DNA of 51,623 nt. Source: an uncultured Clostridium sp. (GTDB taxonomy: Bacteria; Bacillota; Clostridia; TANB77; CAG-508). The notes beneath the pieces were generated by a model. The model was given only the letters and a program-made list of their open reading frames with translations. It had not been told where the DNA came from and made no database searches. Shown here in pieces: positions 18,620 through 29,309 of the stretch. Positions within the stretch are counted from its first letter, which is position 1. Every line of letters starts with the position of its first letter. The stretch lies in the NCBI GenBank assembly GCA_947061115.1, contig CAMSMU010000002.1, forward strand, positions 1 through 51,623. Reading direction: 5' to 3'. Both the position numbers and the translations under genes were made by a program.

Positions 18620-19720
18620 ATGAGTAAATATGATTATTTGATAGTAGGAGCAGGATTATTTGGATCAATATTTGCATATGAGATGACAAAAAGAGGTAAA
18701 AGCTGTCTTGTAATAGATAAAAGACCACATGTTGGAGGAAATATATACACAGAAAGAAAAGACAATATTAATGTACATAAATATGGTGCACATATATTTC
18801 ACACAAATAATAAAGAAATATGGCAATATATTAACCAATTTGCAGAATTTAATAGATATACAAATTCACCTATTGCATTATATAAAAACGAACTATATAA
18901 TATGCCATTTAATATGAATACATTTAATAAATTATGGGGAGTTAAAACACCAGAAGAAGCTAAACAAAAAATTGCAGAAGAAATAAGAGAAGCAAATATA
19001 CAAGAACCAAAAAATCTAGAAGAGCAAGCAATTAGCTTAGTAGGAAAAACGATTTATGAAAAACTTGTAAAAGGGTATACAGAAAAACAATGGGGAAGAA
19101 AATGTTCAGAATTACCAAGCTTTATTATAAAAAGATTACCTGTTAGGTTTACATATGATAACAATTATTTTAATGATAAATATCAAGGAATTCCAATAGG
19201 TGGTTATACGCAAATAATAGAAAAAATGTTAGAAAATGTAGAAGTATGGACAAATTGTGATTATTTTGATAATAAAGAGCAACTTGAAAATATAGCAAAT
19301 AAAATTATTTTTACAGGCCCAATAGATAAGTATTATAATTATAAATTTGGAGAATTAGAATATAGAAGTTTGAAATTTGAAACAGAGTTATTAAATGAAA
19401 AAAATCATCAAGGAAATGCAGTTGTAAATTATACAGAATATGAGATACCATATACAAGAATTATTGAACATAAACATTTTGAATTTGATACAATTAGTGA
19501 TAAAACCATAATAACAAAAGAATATCCAGATAATTGGACAAAAGATAAAGAACCATATTACCCTATTAATAATGATAAGAATAATGAATTATACGATAAA
19601 TACAAGCAATTAGCAGAAAAAGACAATAAAGTTATATTTGGAGGAAGATTAGGTCAATATAAATATTATGATATGGACAAAGTAATTGAAAGTGCACTTA
19701 AATGCATAACAAATATATAA
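18620..19720 (+). CDS. glf: UDP-galactopyranose mutase
   Basis: YDYLIVGAGLFGSIFA FAD fold, RPHVGGNIYT, GYTEKQWG and GRLGQYKYYDMD. Confidence 0.9.
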   Translation: MSKYDYLIVGAGLFGSIFAYEMTKRGKSCLVIDKRPHVGGNIYTERKDNINVHKYGAHIFHTNNKEIWQYINQFAEFNRYTNSPIALYKNELYNMPFNMNTFNKLWGVKTPEEAKQKIAEEIREANIQEPKNLEEQAISLVGKTIYEKLVKGYTEKQWGRKCSELPSFIIKRLPVRFTYDNNYFNDKYQGIPIGGYTQIIEKMLENVEVWTNCDYFDNKEQLENIANKIIFTGPIDKYYNYKFGELEYRSLKFETELLNEKNHQGNAVVNYTEYEIPYTRIIEHKHFEFDTISDKTIITKEYPDNWTKDKEPYYPINNDKNNELYDKYKQLAEKDNKVIFGGRLGQYKYYDMDKVIESALKCITNI

Positions 19721-19768
19721 TAATTTGTAGATACAAATTGATAAATATAGAATATATAGGAGCATAAA

Positions 19769-20785
19769 ATGATTTCAATAATAATACCAGTATATCAAGC
19801 ACAAGACTATATAGAAAGATGTTTAGAATCAATAAAAAATCAAAATGATAATAGTGATTTAGAAATAGTATGTGTAAATGATGGTTCAACAGATAATAGC
19901 AAAAAAATAATTGAAGACTTCAAATTAAAAAATAAAAATATAAAAGTAAAGATTATAGATAAGGAAAATACTGGAGTTAGTGATTCAAGAAATATAGGAA
20001 TAGAAAATGCCGAAGGTAAATACATAATGTTTGTAGATTCAGATGATGAATTAGAAACAAATGCTATAGAAGAATTACGAAAAGCTTTAAGCGATAATAT
20101 AGATGTAATAATATATAATTCATTACAAATTAAGAAAAATAATAAAAATAAAGAAAGAATTATTTTTAACGAAGAAAATGGTATTATTCCAGTAAAAAAG
20201 GTGTATGATGAACTAATAAGACATGCTGAACTAAATACTGTATGGCAATTTTTAATACTAAAAGATTTTATATTAGAAAATAAAATAAAATTTGACAATC
20301 AATATGCTGTAGGTGAAGATTTATTATTTAACTCAGATATGTTTACCTGTAATCCCCAAATATATTATCTTAATAAAATAATTTATAGATACAATTATAA
20401 TGAAAAAAGTGTAATGAGAAATTTAAAACAAGACAGTACACAAAAAAGAATAAACCAAACTTTAGAACTATATTGTAAATATTATGAATATATAAAAAAA
20501 TGGAAAATGGATAGTAAGGAAAATAGAGAGTATCTATCAAGTAAAGCAATTAATGTATTAAATTATGAACTAAGAAGTATTATATTATTGGATATTTCTA
20601 ACAAAGAAAAAATTAATATGCTGAAAGAAACTTTTGAAAATCCTAATATGATAGAAATAAGAAAAAACTTGTCAACAGATAAATACTTAATTAGAGAATC
20701 TAAGTATATATATACAAACAAAATATATTTATATTTTCTAATAAAATCATCAATTGAAATAATAAGAAAAATATTAAATGTATAA
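19769..20785 (+). CDS. Family 2 glycosyltransferase
   Basis: ISIIIPVYQAQDYI...VCVNDGSTD...GVSDSRNIG...FVDSDDE. Confidence 0.8.
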   Translation: MISIIIPVYQAQDYIERCLESIKNQNDNSDLEIVCVNDGSTDNSKKIIEDFKLKNKNIKVKIIDKENTGVSDSRNIGIENAEGKYIMFVDSDDELETNAIEELRKALSDNIDVIIYNSLQIKKNNKNKERIIFNEENGIIPVKKVYDELIRHAELNTVWQFLILKDFILENKIKFDNQYAVGEDLLFNSDMFTCNPQIYYLNKIIYRYNYNEKSVMRNLKQDSTQKRINQTLELYCKYYEYIKKWKMDSKENREYLSSKAINVLNYELRSIILLDISNKEKINMLKETFENPNMIEIRKNLSTDKYLIRESKYIYTNKIYLYFLIKSSIEIIRKILNV

Positions 20786-20802
20786 AGAAGAGGTATGAAT
20801 AA

Positions 20803-21870
20803 ATGAAAAAAGTAGGAATATTAACAATTAATGATATGAAAAATGTTGGAAACAGATTACAAAATTATGCGACACAAGAAGTTCTAAAAAATTTAGGATG
20901 TGAAGCTGAAACAATACATAATTCAGAAAAGATGTATAATGGAAACTATTATAGAATAATAAGAAAAAAATTAGCAAATATATATAAAATAGTTTTTGGA
21001 AGAAAAAAATACATTAGACATTATTATTTTATGCAGTTTGAAAAAAATATTAGGCATTCAAAATATATGATAGATTACAAACATATTCCAAAAGAGTTAA
21101 ATAATGAGTATGATTATTTTGTAGCAGGAAGTGATCAAATTTGGAACCCAACATGGGGAAGAATGTCAGATATCGACTTTTTATCATTTGCTGATTATAA
21201 CAAAAGAATATCTTTTGCTGCAAGTATGGGAATAGGATATATCCCAAAAGACTTTGAAAATTTTTATAAAGAAAAGGTAAAAGAATTAAAAAATGTATCA
21301 GTTAGAGAAGATAAAGCAAAAGAACTTTTAGAAAATTTGACAGATAGGAAAGACATAGAAGTATTAATTGATCCAACAATGTTACTTAAAACAGAAGAAT
21401 GGGACAAGGTAGCAAAAAGACCAAAATTCTTAGATAAAATGACTCATAAAAATATAATAGCGACATACTTTTTGGGAAAATTGTCAGAAGAAAGAAAAAA
21501 AGAAATAAATAGAATTGCAGAAGAAAACGACTGTGATATTATAAATATGTTAGAAACAAAAATAGGGCCAAGTGAATTTTTATACTTAGAAAAAAATGCA
21601 TTCTTAATATGTACAGACTCTTTTCACTCAAGTGTATTTGCAATTTTATATAATAGACCATTTTTAGTATTTAACAGAGAAGATAAAGAAGAAAGCATGA
21701 ATTCAAGGCTAGAAACATTACTTAATAAATTTAAATTGGATGATAGGAAATATACTGGAGAAATAACCAAAAAACAGCTAGAATGTAATTATGAAGAATC
21801 ATATAAGATTTTAGAAGAAGAAAGAGAAAAATCATATAATTTCTTAAAGAAATCTCTAGAAATAAAATAA
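20803..21870 (+). CDS. Polysaccharide pyruvyl transferase family protein
   Basis: VGILTINDMKNVGNRLQNYATQEVL N-terminus, GSDQIWNP and a C-terminal TDSFHSSVFAI motif typical of the family. Confidence 0.75.
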   Translation: MKKVGILTINDMKNVGNRLQNYATQEVLKNLGCEAETIHNSEKMYNGNYYRIIRKKLANIYKIVFGRKKYIRHYYFMQFEKNIRHSKYMIDYKHIPKELNNEYDYFVAGSDQIWNPTWGRMSDIDFLSFADYNKRISFAASMGIGYIPKDFENFYKEKVKELKNVSVREDKAKELLENLTDRKDIEVLIDPTMLLKTEEWDKVAKRPKFLDKMTHKNIIATYFLGKLSEERKKEINRIAEENDCDIINMLETKIGPSEFLYLEKNAFLICTDSFHSSVFAILYNRPFLVFNREDKEESMNSRLETLLNKFKLDDRKYTGEITKKQLECNYEESYKILEEEREKSYNFLKKSLEIK

Positions 21871-21892
21871 AAAATTTTAGAAAGGAATAATA

Positions 21893-23452
21893 ATGAAAGA
21901 AACAAGTAGAACAAAAAATTCAATATTTAATGTTAGTTCTAACCTTGTAGTATATGTAATAAAAAATTTACTAAGCTTTGTTGCAAGAACAATATTTATA
22001 AAAGTATTAGGAGAAATGTATTTAGGAGTAAATGGCTTACTTACTAATGTATTATCAATGTTATCATTAGCTGAATTAGGATTAAGTTCAGCAATAAGTT
22101 TTGGACTATATAAACCACTTGCAGATAAAGATAATGAAAAAGTAAGTTCTCTTATGACATTTTTTAAAAGAGTATATGAAGTAATAGGAGTTATAGTATT
22201 AATATTTGGAATAGTAATATATTTCTTCCTTAATAAAATAATAAAAGAATATGATTCAATACCACAACTTAATATTATATATATATTATATTTAATTAAT
22301 ACAGTATCAACATATTATACAGCATATAAAGAGATACTTATAACAGCTGACCAGAAAGCATATAAATTAACAAAAATAAATATTACATTTACAGTATTAT
22401 TATACATATTCCAAATAATATCATTATTATTATTTAAGAATTTCATAGTTTATTTAATTGTTCAATTTTTTATGCAAATAGCTCAAAAAATTGTAACAAA
22501 CCTTTATATAACAAAAGAATATAAAGAAATAAATTTCAAAAGTAATAAAAAAATAGAAAAGAGTACGTTGGCAACAATTAAAAAAAATGTTAAAGCAATG
22601 ATGTTCCATAAAATAGGAAACTATTGTATTAATGGAACAGATAATATTATAATAAGTACAATGATAAATGTATCAACAGTAGGTATATACTCAAATTATA
22701 ATATGATTATTACAACAGTAAACGAAATTATATTAACAATATATAATAATATAACAGCTAGCTTTGGAAATTTATTAGTTGAAGAAGACAATAAAAAAAG
22801 CCTTGAAATATATAAAAAAATGGATTTTTTAGCTTTTATTATATACAGCTTTTTTGGAACTATATTTGGTTGTGCAATTAGTAGATTTATACAAATATGG
22901 ATAGGCGAAAGTTATATATTAGAGGCTAGTATTGTTATGCTATTATCATTTAGCTTTTTCTTTACTGGTATTAGAATACCATGCTCTGTAACAAAAAATG
23001 CAGCAGGATTGTATAATGAAGATAAATGGGTACCTATTATACAATCAATAATTAATTTGGTTTTATCTATAGCCTTAGCAAAATATATTGGACTGCATGG
23101 TGTTATATTAGGAACAATTGTCAGTGGAATATTACCTAATTTCTATAGGCCATATATTTTGTTTAAAAATATATTTAAAGAAAATTACACTAAATATCTA
23201 ATAAGTAATTATATTCCTTATATAATACACTTTATAATAATTTTAGGTATATCGTATATTATATGTAGCTTTATAAATATTTCAGGAGTAATAGGATTAA
23301 TATTATGTGTAATAATTGCAATGGTAATATATATAGTTTCTATATTAATATGTTTTAGAAAGACTGAAGAATTTACATTTTTCAAAGATATAATAAGAAA
23401 TATATTATCTAAAATATTAAACAAGATAAAACCAAATAGAAAAGAGGCATAA
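21893..23452 (+). CDS. wzx: Wzx-type polysaccharide flippase (MOP superfamily)
   Basis: 519 aa with 12 or more TM helices and cps-locus context. Confidence 0.8.
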   Translation: MKETSRTKNSIFNVSSNLVVYVIKNLLSFVARTIFIKVLGEMYLGVNGLLTNVLSMLSLAELGLSSAISFGLYKPLADKDNEKVSSLMTFFKRVYEVIGVIVLIFGIVIYFFLNKIIKEYDSIPQLNIIYILYLINTVSTYYTAYKEILITADQKAYKLTKINITFTVLLYIFQIISLLLFKNFIVYLIVQFFMQIAQKIVTNLYITKEYKEINFKSNKKIEKSTLATIKKNVKAMMFHKIGNYCINGTDNIIISTMINVSTVGIYSNYNMIITTVNEIILTIYNNITASFGNLLVEEDNKKSLEIYKKMDFLAFIIYSFFGTIFGCAISRFIQIWIGESYILEASIVMLLSFSFFFTGIRIPCSVTKNAAGLYNEDKWVPIIQSIINLVLSIALAKYIGLHGVILGTIVSGILPNFYRPYILFKNIFKENYTKYLISNYIPYIIHFIIILGISYIICSFINISGVIGLILCVIIAMVIYIVSILICFRKTEEFTFFKDIIRNILSKILNKIKPNRKEA

Positions 23453-23453
23453 T

Positions 23454-24407
23454 ATGAAAAAAGATTTAGTAACAATTATAACACCTTGCTATAATGGAGA
23501 AAAATACTTAAAAAGATATTTTGATTCAATAGTAAACCAAACATATAAAAATATAGAACTTATATTTATAAATGATGGTTCAAAAGATAAAACAGAAAGT
23601 ATAATAAAAGAATATGAAGGAAAAATAAAACAAAAAGGATACGAATTTAAATATATATATCAAGAAAATGCAGGACAAGCAGAAGCAGTAAATAAAGCAC
23701 TGCCAAATATATCTGGAGAATTTTTATATTGGATGGATTCAGATGATTACCTAGAGCCAGATAGTATAGAGAAACTTGTTAACTTTTTACAAAAAAATGA
23801 GAACTATAATATTGTACGAGGTAAAGTAAGAATAGTAAAAGATGGAAAAGAAATAAAAATAGGTAAGCCTAAAAAGAATGAAAGTGAATATATATTTGAA
23901 AATTATATTTTTGGAATAAATACATACTGTTATCCAGGAATATTCATGATTAGAATGGAAGAATTCGATAAAAATATAAAAGATAGAAAAATATATAGTC
24001 TAGTAGGAGTAGGGCAAAATTGGCAACTAATACTTCCAAATACATATAATCAAAAATGTGGTTTTGTAGATAGTATAGTATACAATTATAATATTATAGA
24101 AAATAGTCATTCAAGGACAGAACTAAAAAAGTTTGAAGATGAAATAAATAAAATTAATAGTGATATAGATGTTTTATATCACATACTAACTGATCTAAAA
24201 GTGTTAGATAAGTATAGAGAAAAGATTGAATTATTATATGATAGAAGTAGAATAAGAGTGGGATTAAAATACGATAAATATAATTATATAAATGAAATAC
24301 TAGAAAATGAAAAGAAAAATTATAAAAACTATAAAGAAAATAAAAAGTATTGGATATTAAAAAATAAGGCATTTTATAGATTATATAGAAAGGTAAAAAA
24401 TAGATGA
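23454..24407 (+). CDS. Family 2 glycosyltransferase
   Basis: VTIITPCYNGEKYL...IFINDGSKD...GQAEAVNKA...WMDSDD. Confidence 0.8.
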   Translation: MKKDLVTIITPCYNGEKYLKRYFDSIVNQTYKNIELIFINDGSKDKTESIIKEYEGKIKQKGYEFKYIYQENAGQAEAVNKALPNISGEFLYWMDSDDYLEPDSIEKLVNFLQKNENYNIVRGKVRIVKDGKEIKIGKPKKNESEYIFENYIFGINTYCYPGIFMIRMEEFDKNIKDRKIYSLVGVGQNWQLILPNTYNQKCGFVDSIVYNYNIIENSHSRTELKKFEDEINKINSDIDVLYHILTDLKVLDKYREKIELLYDRSRIRVGLKYDKYNYINEILENEKKNYKNYKENKKYWILKNKAFYRLYRKVKNR

Positions 24408-25534
24408 AGATTTTATTTATTGGAGGAACAGGAGTATTAAGTACAGACATAGTAAAACTATGTGTAAAAAAAGAATATGAAGTTTATATGATTAATAGAG
24501 GACACAATAATAAAAATGTAGATAAAAAAGTTAATATAATAATAGGAGATATTAATGATAAAGAATCTATAAAAGAAAAAATAGAAGGAATGACATTTGA
24601 TGTAGTAATAGATTTCTTAAGCTATATGGAAAATGAATTAAAAAGTAAATTAGAAATCTTTAATAACAAATGTGAACAATATATATTTATATCTTCTGCT
24701 ACAGTATATAGAAAAACTGAAAAAGGAGAGAGAATAACAGAAAAAACTGAAGCATCTAATCATGAATGGGATTATTCAGACAATAAATTAAAATGTGAAA
24801 AAGTATTAGAAGAAAATTATAAAAAGACAGGACAAAAGTATACAATAGTTAGACCATATATCACATATAGTGAAAAAAGAATACCAGATATGGCAATATC
24901 ACCAAAGAAATGGACTTTAGCTAATAGAATTATAAACCAAAAACCAGTACTATTATGGGATGATGGACAAGCAAGGTGTACTCTTACACAAACAAAGGAG
25001 TTTGCAGTAGGAATTGTAGGACTATTTTTAAATGAAAAAGCATATCAAGAAGTATTTCATATAACTACAGATCATACTTTAACATGGAAAGAAGCTACTA
25101 TATATATAGCAAAAGCATTAGAAACAGAACCTATTATTGCAAATGTACCAAGTGACTATATTATAAATGTAATGCCAGAATATAAAGGAGTACTTAAAGC
25201 AGATAAAGGTATTGATAGAGAATTTGATAATTCTAAAATAAAAAGTATAGTGCCAGAGTTTAATGCAAAAACAAAGTTTGAAGATGGAATTAAAGAAACA
25301 ATAGAATATTATAAAGAAGATACCAAAAGACAAGAAGTAGATTATCTTTGGGATGGTAGAGTTGATAGACTAATAAAAAAGTATTACAAGCAAAATAATA
25401 TAGAATATGATAAAAAAAGTCTATCAGTAAAGTCTTATAAAGAAGATATAAACTTAAAAAATAAGATTAAGTATTATATTGGAAAAAATATAGTATTATA
25501 TAAATTAATGCAAATTATTAGAAAGTTGGTGTAA
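24404..25534 (+). CDS. NAD-dependent epimerase/dehydratase (SDR) family protein
   Basis: KILFIGGTGVLS Rossmann motif and a YSDNK catalytic-type motif. Confidence 0.7.
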   Translation: MKILFIGGTGVLSTDIVKLCVKKEYEVYMINRGHNNKNVDKKVNIIIGDINDKESIKEKIEGMTFDVVIDFLSYMENELKSKLEIFNNKCEQYIFISSATVYRKTEKGERITEKTEASNHEWDYSDNKLKCEKVLEENYKKTGQKYTIVRPYITYSEKRIPDMAISPKKWTLANRIINQKPVLLWDDGQARCTLTQTKEFAVGIVGLFLNEKAYQEVFHITTDHTLTWKEATIYIAKALETEPIIANVPSDYIINVMPEYKGVLKADKGIDREFDNSKIKSIVPEFNAKTKFEDGIKETIEYYKEDTKRQEVDYLWDGRVDRLIKKYYKQNNIEYDKKSLSVKSYKEDINLKNKIKYYIGKNIVLYKLMQIIRKLV

Positions 25535-25537
25535 AAA

Positions 25538-26716
25538 TTGATAAACATAGAAAAAAAAGAACAATGTATGGGATGTAGTGCATGTTATAACATATGTCCT
25601 AAAAATGCTATAGAAATGTGTGAAGATAAAGAAGGATTTAAGTATCCAAAGATTAATAAAGAAAAATGTATAAACTGTGGACTATGTGAAAAGATATGCC
25701 CTATGATAAATGAAGCAAAAACTAATAATTTTGAAAAACCTAAGGTTTATGCTGCATGGAGCAAAAGTGAGAATATAAGATTAGATAGCACATCAGGAGG
25801 GATATTTTCAGAATTAGCAAATCAAATACTAAAAGAAGATGGATACATATGTGGTGCTGTATACAATAAAGAATGGAAAGTAGAACATCTACTTACAAAT
25901 GAAAAAAAAGAATTAGATAATATAAGAAGTTCAAAGTATTTGCAAAGTGATATAAATCTTATATATAGAGAAATAAAGGACAAGCTAACTGAAGGAATTA
26001 AAGTTCTATTTTGTGGTAGTCCTTGTCAAGTATCTGGACTATATAACTATTTAAATAAATCTTATGATAATTTGTATGCATGTGATTTTATTTGTAGAGG
26101 CATGAACTCTCCAAAAATATTTAAAATGTATATAAATAGTTTAGAAAATAAATATAAATCTAAAGTTAAAAAAATTAAATTTAAAAATAAAACATATGGA
26201 TGGCATAATTTTTCAACTAGAATAGACTTTGAAAATGGTAAGAAATACATAGGAATAAGATACATTGATTCCTTTATGGTGGGATACTTAAAATATACTG
26301 CATTTATGAGACCAGCATGTTATGAATGTAGATTTAAAGGTTTACCTAGAAAGGGAGATATAACATTAGCAGACTTTTGGGGAATAGAAAAAATAAATAA
26401 AACATTAGACAATGACATGGGAACATCTATGGTATTAATAAACTCAGAAAAAGGAAAAGAACTATTTGAAAAAGCAAAAGCTAATATAGAATCTACACAA
26501 ATAGATTCGGAAGATGTTTTCAATGATAATGTTTGTACATATAAGTCACCTGATAAGACAAAAGAAAGAGAACTTGTATTTGAAAATATTGATAAAATGA
26601 ATTGGGAAGAATTATGTAACAACTTTCTAAAACCACCAAAACTAAAATCTAGAATCAAGATATATATTAAAAGAAGTAAAATATATAGAAAATTAAAGAA
26701 AATAATAAAAAAGTAA
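25538..26716 (+). CDS. FrhB-family (coenzyme F420 hydrogenase/dehydrogenase beta-like) oxidoreductase with two N-terminal 4Fe-4S motifs
   Basis: CMGCSACYNICP and CINCGLCEKICP. The TTG start at 25538 is required to include the first Cys. Members of this family commonly accompany pyruvyl transferases in glycan loci. Confidence 0.7.
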   Translation: MINIEKKEQCMGCSACYNICPKNAIEMCEDKEGFKYPKINKEKCINCGLCEKICPMINEAKTNNFEKPKVYAAWSKSENIRLDSTSGGIFSELANQILKEDGYICGAVYNKEWKVEHLLTNEKKELDNIRSSKYLQSDINLIYREIKDKLTEGIKVLFCGSPCQVSGLYNYLNKSYDNLYACDFICRGMNSPKIFKMYINSLENKYKSKVKKIKFKNKTYGWHNFSTRIDFENGKKYIGIRYIDSFMVGYLKYTAFMRPACYECRFKGLPRKGDITLADFWGIEKINKTLDNDMGTSMVLINSEKGKELFEKAKANIESTQIDSEDVFNDNVCTYKSPDKTKERELVFENIDKMNWEELCNNFLKPPKLKSRIKIYIKRSKIYRKLKKIIKK

Positions 26717-26733
26717 TATTGGGAGAGAAATAA

Positions 26734-27315
26734 ATGGATAGAAGTATAGTAAATAGCTTAAAATACAGAAATAAACAAATTATATTTAGAAAGTATTCAA
26801 GAGTAACTATTGATAAGAGTGCTAATATTAGTGGAAATGGAAAAATAGCAATTGGAGATAAAGAAAATCCAAAATCAAAACAAGAAACAAGATTAAGCTT
26901 AGGAAAGAATAGCGAGTTAAATGTAAATGGAAACTTTAGTGTAGGATTTGGATCAGATATTAGAGTATTTAATAATGCAAAATTAGAAATTGGAAGCGGA
27001 TACTTAAATGCATTTGTTCAAATTGTTTGCTCTAAAAAAATATCTATAGGAAATAATGTTGCAATTGCCAGAGACGTAATAATTAGAGATACAGATGCAC
27101 ACGATATAATTGGAGAAGATCACAAAAAAGAAGCAGAAGTAAAAATAGGAAATCATGTTTGGATAGGAACTAGAGCAATTATAATGAAAGGAGTAACTAT
27201 TGGAGATGGTGCAATAGTAGGAGCAGGTGCAATAGTCACAAAAGATGTTCCAGAAAATTCAATAGTAGTAGGGGTCCCTGCAAAGGTAATAAAGGAAAAT
27301 ATAGAATGGAAGTAA
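26734..27315 (+). CDS. Left-handed beta-helix (hexapeptide) O-acetyltransferase
   Basis: [49 protein letters not shown]. Confidence 0.8.
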   Translation: MDRSIVNSLKYRNKQIIFRKYSRVTIDKSANISGNGKIAIGDKENPKSKQETRLSLGKNSELNVNGNFSVGFGSDIRVFNNAKLEIGSGYLNAFVQIVCSKKISIGNNVAIARDVIIRDTDAHDIIGEDHKKEAEVKIGNHVWIGTRAIIMKGVTIGDGAIVGAGAIVTKDVPENSIVVGVPAKVIKENIEWK

Positions 27316-28511
27316 AAGAAAAAGCAAAGAAAAACCGTAGAACCCTTACAGCTGTACACACACACACACACACGGACGGTATATTTAATAAAAAGAAAAA
27401 TATAATAATTTGTGTAATAATAATATTTGTAATATTAATTTTAACAGTAATATATTCTTATAACTTTTCTAGTTACCCAATAATAGGAGGAGCAATTTCT
27501 TCATTTAATAAAGAATGTGAAGTAACAAGAGTAAAAGGAGTAGGCAATTTTCAAGAAAAAACGTATAAATGGGTAGGTGGAGTTTTAGGAAAAGATGGGT
27601 GTATATATGCAATACCAAATTGCTATGATAAAGTATTAAAGATAGATCCTGAAACTGAAAAAGTAAAAGAATTTGGTAATTTATCTAAAAATAAATTCAA
27701 ATATACTGGAGGCTGTACATACAAAGACAAAATATATGGATTTCCAAGAGCTAGTAATAAATTACTTGAAATAGATCCTAAAAAAGAAGAAGTAAAAGAG
27801 ATTGATTTAGCATTAAATTATGATGAAGATGGAAAAGACTACTATTATTCAGGCACATTATATAAAAATATAGCATATCTAGCACCTCGAAGCTCAAATC
27901 ACATATTAGCAATTAACTTAGATGATTATTCAACAAAGAAAATAGGAGAAGGAGTTGTACCAGAAAGTTATCAATATGATGGAGCAATTTTACATTATAA
28001 TGGTCTAATATACTTTTTTCCAAAAGTATATTCTCAAGTAATGGTGTTAAATCCAAAAACAGATGAAATAAAATTCATTGGCGATAAAATGAATGTACAA
28101 ATTTTTGGAGGAGCTATTGCTAAAAATGGAAATATATATTCTTTTACAGCTTATTCAGAGGGTGGAATAGTAAGAATAAATACTAAAGAAGAAAAAGTAG
28201 ATGTGATTTGCAAAGATACAGTAGAAACAGGGTTTTATGGAACAAAGTTAGCATCTAATGGAAAAATGTATGGAGTAGTAGGACATTCAAATAAAATATA
28301 TGAATTTGATCCAGAAACTGAAAAAGTAAAGGTAATAAGAGAATTAGTAAAATTAAATAATGTTGTAAGATGTGCTGGCGGAGTTTTAGATAGAAATGGA
28401 AATTTATGGTTTATACCAGCATATGGAGAAAAAATAATAAAATTAGAAATTGAACAAAAAGTGCCACTTAATAATAGAATTCTAGAATCAGTACAATTTT
28501 CTAATTACTAA
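27306..28511 (+). CDS. Membrane-anchored protein with about seven 45-aa propeller-like repeats, function unknown
   Basis: Short cytoplasmic tail, one TM helix ([18 protein letters not shown]), then repeats of the form GG-x4-(D/N)G-x-IY-x-P-x7-(L/V)-x-IDP-x-T-x-K-V. Confidence 0.6.
   Translation: MEVKEKAKKNRRTLTAVHTHTHTDGIFNKKKNIIICVIIIFVILILTVIYSYNFSSYPIIGGAISSFNKECEVTRVKGVGNFQEKTYKWVGGVLGKDGCIYAIPNCYDKVLKIDPETEKVKEFGNLSKNKFKYTGGCTYKDKIYGFPRASNKLLEIDPKKEEVKEIDLALNYDEDGKDYYYSGTLYKNIAYLAPRSSNHILAINLDDYSTKKIGEGVVPESYQYDGAILHYNGLIYFFPKVYSQVMVLNPKTDEIKFIGDKMNVQIFGGAIAKNGNIYSFTAYSEGGIVRINTKEEKVDVICKDTVETGFYGTKLASNGKMYGVVGHSNKIYEFDPETEKVKVIRELVKLNNVVRCAGGVLDRNGNLWFIPAYGEKIIKLEIEQKVPLNNRILESVQFSNY
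27356..27373. repeat. (AC)9 dinucleotide microsatellite inside codons 17-23 of the propeller-protein gene
   Basis: Direct read acacacacacacacacac, translated as HTHTHT. Confidence 0.95.
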
Positions 28512-28604
28512 TAGATTTTATAAATTATACAATTTATGAATATTGCATTAAAATATACAGTATGATAAAATATGAATAATTTAAATTTATATGAGAGGAA
28601 CACT

Positions 28605-29309
28605 ATGGAAGAAGAATTTGATATATTAGAGATACTAAAGATGTTTTGGAATAAAAGGATACAAATAATATTAATAATTTTATTTTTTATGATTATTGGA
28701 TATATATACACAGTATATTTTATACAACCACAATATAGATCTGAATCTACAATAATATTGGCCAATAATAATGAAAGTGAAAATTATAATGAAACATTAA
28801 CTCAAAGTGAAGTTATGTTAAATGATAAACTTGTAGCTACATATAGAGAACTTGCCAAAAGTAGTTCTGTTATAGAAGAAGTCATAGCAAACTTAAGACT
28901 ACAAGATAGATATACAGAAGAAAGTTTAGGAAAAAAGGTAGAAGTAACATTAGTTACTAATACTCAAGTTATAAAAATATCAGCAACAGACGAAAATCCA
29001 GAATTAGCAGCAAATATAACAAATGAAGTTACTAAAGTTTTTTCACAAAAAGTATCAGAAGTATATAATATAAATAATATAAAAGTTTTAAGTGATGCAG
29101 AACCTTCAAACGATCCAAGCAATATTAGTTTAAAGAAAAATTTATTCATGTTTTTTGGAATAGGATTTATAATATCTATAGTGTATGTAATAATATTAAA
29201 TACACTAGATTCAACTATAAAGAATAAAAAAGACATAGAAGATATAACTGGACTTAATGTATTAGCAGAAATACCAGTATTTGATATTGATAAGGAGAGA
29301 AAAAAATAA
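28605..29309 (+). CDS. Wzz/CpsC-type chain-length determinant (BY-kinase transmembrane modulator)
   Basis: EEEFDILEILKMFWNKR, a TM helix, YRSESTIIL and a second TM helix near the C-terminus. Start moved to ATG 28605 (SD GAGAGGAA). Confidence 0.8.
   Translation: MEEEFDILEILKMFWNKRIQIILIILFFMIIGYIYTVYFIQPQYRSESTIILANNNESENYNETLTQSEVMLNDKLVATYRELAKSSSVIEEVIANLRLQDRYTEESLGKKVEVTLVTNTQVIKISATDENPELAANITNEVTKVFSQKVSEVYNINNIKVLSDAEPSNDPSNISLKKNLFMFFGIGFIISIVYVIILNTLDSTIKNKKDIEDITGLNVLAEIPVFDIDKERKK

Noticed and set aside
25538-26716. The FrhB-like gene as evidence for F420-dependent metabolism.
   Set aside because: The family name comes from methanogen homologs. The context here is a glycan locus, and no F420 biosynthesis genes are visible.
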